From NCBI RefSeq assembly GCF_009914755.1, contig NC_060947.1: a stretch of 64,000 nucleotides of DNA; one strand, given 5' to 3'. A model generated the notes under the pieces. That model searched no databases. It was not told the origin of the DNA and saw only the letters and a program-made list of their open reading frames with translations. Positions 56,820 through 64,000 of this stretch are shown piece by piece. The number at the start of each line of letters is the position of its first letter. Positions within the stretch are counted from its first letter, which is position 1. This DNA is from the human T2T-CHM13v2.0 reference genome, Homo sapiens. Position numbers and translations under genes: made by a program.

Positions 56820-59276
56820 GTACTGTAAGCTTTTCTCTTAATACTGATTTCGCTGTTTCTCAAGGATTCTGTTATATCACGTCTTTTTAATTAATTTCAA
56901 ATAATTTTTTGATTTCTGCCTTAATTTTGTTCTTTACGCAAAAGTCATTGAAGAAAAAGTTGTTTCACTTCCATGTAATTGTATGATTTTGAGAGATCCT
57001 CTTGGAATTGCTTTCTATTTTTTTATTGCACTGTGGTGTGAGAGTGTGCTTATTGTGATTTTATTTTATTTTTTGAAATTTGTTGAGACTTGCTTTATAG
57101 CCAAGCATGTGGTTGGTCTTAGAATAGGTGCCATGAGTAGATAAGAAGAGTGTATATTCTGTGTTTGTTGGGTGTAGTATCCTAAAGATATCTACTGGGT
57201 CCGATTGGTCAAGTGTTGAGTTTAAGTTCAGAAATATATTTGCTAGTTTTCTGCCTTGACGATCTAATGCCAGCACCTGTTATTTTTTGACTTTATAATA
57301 ATGACCATTCAGACTGGTGTGAGACGGTATCACATTGTGGCTTTGATGTGCATTTCTCTAATGATCAGTGATGTAGAGCTTTTTTTCATATGATTGTTGG
57401 TCACCTATATGTCTTCTTTTGAAAAGTGTCTATTCATATCCTTTGCCCACTTTTTAAAGAGGTTGTTAGGTGTTTTTTAATAAATCTGTTTAAGTTCCTT
57501 ATAGATTCTGGATTTTAGAACTTTGTCTAAATGTTTTTTCCCATTTTGTAGGTTGTCTGTGCTGTTGATAGTGTTGTTTGCTGTGCATAAGCACTTTTGT
57601 TTAATTAGATTCCATTTCTCAATTTTTTCTTTTATTCTAATTGCTTTTGGCATCTTTGTCATGAAACATTTGCCTGTGACTATTTCCTGAATGATATTGC
57701 TAGGTTTACTTCCAAGGTTTTTATAGTTTTGGGTTTTATATTTACGTCTTTAATCTATCTTGAGTTATTTTTTGTATCTTGTGTAAGGAAGGGGTCCAGT
57801 TTAAATCTTGTCCATATGGCTAGCCAGTTATCTTAGCACTATTTATTGAAAAGGGAATCATTTCTCCATTGCTTGTTTTTGTCAGGTTTGTCAAAGATCA
57901 GATAGTTGTAGGTATGTAGTCTTATTTCTGAGTTCTCTATCCTGTTCCATTGGTCTCTGTGTCTGTTTTTGTACCAGTGCCATGTTGTTTTGGTTACTGT
58001 AGCCCTATAGTATAGATTGAAGTCAGGTGGGATGATGCCTCCAGGTTTGTTCCTTTTGCTTAGGATTGCCTTGGCTATTTTGGCTCTTTGTTGGTTCCAT
58101 ATGAATTTTAAAATAGTTTTTCTGGTTCTATACATTGCTTTGAAAAGTATGGCCATTTAAACAATATTGATTCTTTTTATGAATGAGCATGGAATATTTT
58201 TTCATTTGTTTGTGTCATCTCTGATTTCCTTTAGCACTGGTCTGTAGTTGTCCTTATAGAGATCTTTCACCTTCCTTGTTAGCTGTATTCCTAAGTATTC
58301 TATTCATTTTGTGTCCATTGCGAATGGTCGTACATTCTTGATTGGGCTCTTAGCTTGACTGTTTTTGGTGTATAAAAATGCTAGTGATGTTTGCACATTG
58401 ATTTTTATATCTTAAGACTTTGCTGAAGTTGTTTGTTAGCTTAAGAAACTTTTTGACTGAGACTATGGGGTTTTCTTGATATAGGATCATTTTGCCTGCA
58501 AACAGGGATAGTTTGACTTCTTCTCTTCCTATTTGGATGCCCCCTAATTTCTTGCTCTTGTCTGATTGCCCTGGTGAGCACTTCCAATGCTATGTTGAAT
58601 ACGAGTAGTGAGAGAGGGAATCTTTGTCTTGTGCTGGTTTTCAAGGGAAGTTCTTCCAGCTTTTTCCCATTCACTTTATGTTGGTTGTGGGTTTGTCAAA
58701 GATGGCTTTTTGAATTTTCAGCATTCTTGTGCTGATTCTTTCTCATCTTTGTGGGCTTATCTACCTTCAATCTTTGAGATCGCTGACCTTTGGATGGGTT
58801 TTTCTTTTATTTTCTCCTATTTGATTATCTTGAGTGCGTGATTGTGGCATAAGGTTGATTCAGCCAACTGGCTTTGTTTCTGGGAGATGTTAGAAGGCAA
58901 ACACTCAGTTCCCAACTCCTGGGCTGTGTGCTCTAACTCTGGGGGACTTGTATCGAGCCCCGACTTTGTTCTCTGGCTCCTTGAGGTTTGGAGTCCACTG
59001 CGCTGGCAGTCCTAAGGTGCAGCAGCTTCAGCAGAGTGTTAGTGGATGTAGGGGTGGCTGCGTCACTGCAGGCATTAACCACAGTGGCACAAGCAAGGCA
59101 GCTGAGGGGGGCAAGGGGCGCCTTCTGGATACTGTGCGCTCTTGAACTGGAGGTGATGTTGCCTTGGGGCTGGGTGCTGGCCAGTACAGGTCTGGGTGCC
59201 TTCTCTGTGCCTCACAAACAGGAGTGATCCCTCAGGGTGTGAGAGGATCCTCTGTTCTCTTCAAAGTGTTAGCACG

Positions 59277-59326
59277 AGGGCTGGATGCTGGTGGAGGTAG
59301 GGCTGGATGCTGGTGGAGGTAGGGCT
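59277..59326. repeat. Perfect 22-bp tandem duplication
   Basis: agggctggatgctggtggaggt twice, then agggct. Confidence 0.95.
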
Positions 59327-60170
59327 TGCTGGTTCTGTGCCTGCCAAGACTCCAACTGCAGTGGTGGTCCTGGGGGACAGAGGGAGGAGACTACACTCAT
59401 GTGTGCTGATGGGACAGGTGAAAAAAAACCCACTCTTGCAGACACGCACCAGCTGCAGTATGGGGAGGGTACATCTGGGGTGGTGCACAGCCCTAGGGGC
59501 CGCCTTGCTGGAGCTCTACGCTGGTAAGGCATAGCCTGCCAGCATGGAAGCTATGGTGTGGGCCACTAGGGCACTCAAGACTGACCTGTAAGCAGGTGTG
59601 GCCAGGCTGGGGCCCTGGGAAGACCAATAGACCAAGAAGTGCTCAGGTCGGACCAGGCCCGTTGGATGAGCAAGACCGCTCTGCAGAGATTGGGTCTGAC
59701 AGTTCCCCTAGGGCTAAAGTCTCCTATGGGAGCAAGTCAAGCCTATAGGGATGGCTATCGCTGGCCATGCTCAACTACAGACACTCCTGCACCAAACCCT
59801 CTACATCAGTGGCCTTGCTGTTCCACCAGTTCTCTAAGTAGTTCTCCCTACCACCTCAAGTGTCCGTGGTGGACGATGGGTCTCCTTCGCAGGCTTCCAG
59901 AGGCCTGTGATGAGAGTGGGTTGCTCCTTGCCAGTTCAACTCACCCTTTCTCCTGAGGTGGTTGTGGTTCAAAAATGAATCCCAGTGTGTGGCAGCCCAT
60001 GCAGGGTTTCCAACTTTCTCCCCCTTAATCCCAGCTCCTGTGTCTTTCCTCTGTCCACTTTCAGTGCCTTCCCTCTGAAGATCTGTTGAAAGGACACCAG
60101 TTGCCTCAGTCTCTCCATGGGAGGTCTTCCACTTGTCTGTGTCTAGCTGACCATCTTTCCTTCCCCCCTA

Positions 60171-62328
<2,158 letters not shown>

Positions 62329-62330
62329 AA

Positions 62331-62700
62331 TGACATGGTTTGGATGTTTTGTCTCTCCAAATTTCATGTTCACATATGACCTCCAATGTTGGAGGTGGGC
62401 TTAGTGGGAAGTGTTTGGGTCTTGGCAGTAGATCCCTTATGAATGTCTTGGCACCATCCTCATGGTTATGAGTGAGTTCTCCTCCTGGTAGCTCATGTGA
62501 GAGCTGGTTGTTTAAAATGAGTGTGGCGCTTTCCCCCCTCACTCTTGCTCCCCTCTCTCTTTTGCTCCCACTTTCACCATTTGATGTACCTGCTTCCCCT
62601 TCACCTTCTTCCTCCATGCGTGAAAGTTTCCTGAGGCCTCACTAAGAGAAAATGCTGGTGCCATGCTTTCTGTACAGCCTAGAGAATGACAAGCCAAAAC
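62331..62700 (+). mobile_element. MST (MSTB-like) MaLR LTR, 3'-truncated
   Basis: tgacatggtttggatgttttgtc...tgctggtgccatgctttctgtacagcct. Confidence 0.85.
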
Positions 62701-62795
62701 AAAAACTTTAATTTTTACCTACATTTATTGAGTCTCTTCGGTCTGGTAGAACATAACTGAACCTAGTCATTTCTGTAGAACTGTTAACTCAGTAA

Positions 62796-63090
62796 TTTTT
62801 TTTTTTTTTGAGGTGGAGTTTCACTCTTGTCACCCAGGCTGGAGTGCAATGGTGCGATCTCTGCTCCCTGCAACCTCGCCGCCTAGGTTCAAGCGATTCT
62901 CCTACCTCAGCTTCCTGAGTAACTGGGATTGCAGGCACCTGCCACCACGCCCAGCTAATTTTTATATTTTTAGTAGAGGTGGGGTTTCACCATGTTGACC
63001 ACGCTGGTCTCAAACTCTTGACTTCAGGTGATCCACCTGCCTCGGCCTCCCAAAGTGCTGGGATTACAGACATGAGCCACTGCGCCCGGC
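62796..63090 (-). mobile_element. AluSq-like
   Basis: tttcactcttgtc, gtgcaatgg; TSD aactc(a/c)gtaatttt. Confidence 0.92.
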
Positions 63091-64000
63091 AACTCCGTAA
63101 TTTTTAAATTCAATCCATAATTTTCTACATTAGGAAAGGTTTTACATTCCCTCTCCTTTTTTTTCTAAGGTGGTATTTAACTACAGGTGTAGATGACAGG
63201 CTCATTTAGAATCAAAGATGTATTCAGAGAGGAATTATCTGATTCTAGATTGTCATGTGTCCATCTCATGTATCCTTTGCAATAAATATCGTTCTGTATT
63301 GCTCTCAGCTGTAATCATTTTTCATCCTGATATTACCTAAGATAGTCATGCTATCTCTGAAATCGTAGTTGTAAGATTAATGCTGTTTTCTACTACAACA
63401 TGACATTATTTCAACAATGAGATCCTTAGAATCTACCACCTAACTTCCTTGCTTGTTTCAAATCCTTTTTTTTTTCTTTGCTTACTTTTATGCCTTTCCT
63501 GGGAGCAGAGAAAAATCTTGCTTCTCTCTTCTGTCACGCTGCAGCCACAAAAAGCTTCACAAACTGTCTCAGAGCAAACTGATCTTTCTAGTAAAACTTG
63601 ACCTCTTTGCCTAATTTGTCTGCTGTTACACGATGCTGAAGTGTAGTAAAGGCTGGAGTCTTGAAGATCTCTAAGTCATATGATAAACAAAGCACAGATT
63701 TCTACTCTTTGTAAATTGTATTCTATTTGGAAGTTCTATTCCCCTCACCTTCCTCAAAACTTGAATGTGCTTTAAGTGAGGCATAATTCAAGATCCTTTT
63801 AAGAAACACTCTCCAGCATCTAATATGTATGTTTCTTTTCTTACTCAGCCTCTGCCCCCTCTTGCCAAGCCAAGCAGTTTTAGTGAAATGTCTGCCGTGG
63901 CCTCCCTTCCATTGGACAGTGGCAGCCAAAGACTAGCTTGAGTAGTGACCAACAATTTGGGAGACAAAGTTATTGCAGGTAGATGTGCACAGACACATGC

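Larger units (their letters stand above)
55915..60170 (-). mobile_element. Composite L1PB/old L1PA block: ORF2 N-half (55915-57270), ORF2 3' half (57270-58705), ORF1 start and 5'UTR (58705-60170)
   Basis: ORF2 peptides ([27 protein letters not shown]; [16 protein letters not shown]); 5' end gaccatctt. Confidence 0.85.

Overview
Primate (human-like) AT-rich, gene-poor genomic DNA. It is dominated by old, decayed LINE-1 copies, nearly all on the minus strand and nested several layers deep. It also holds ten Alu copies (J, S and Y types), MaLR/ERVL solo LTRs (MLT1, MLT2A, THE1, MST), DNA-transposon fossils (MER1B, MER3, MER5, piggyBac MER75), MIR/L2 fragments and microsatellites. I cannot support any protein-coding gene, RNA gene or CRISPR array, and I found no convincing new biological system. 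The longer ORFs in the track are L1 remnants, Alu read-throughs or low-complexity artefacts; short ORFs in unique DNA were not recognisable. The best leads are mechanistic scars: a ~455-bp foreign segment retro-inserted into a younger L1 (candidate orphan transduction), a tiny L1PA with a 20-nt 3' transduction, a locally templated inverted L1 copy, a palindromic snap-back expansion, a near-perfect 78-bp tandem duplication, a tail-to-tail Alu pair, and a recursive-splice-site-like motif. Subfamily names come from remembered consensus sequences, and most boundaries are approximate (tens of bp).
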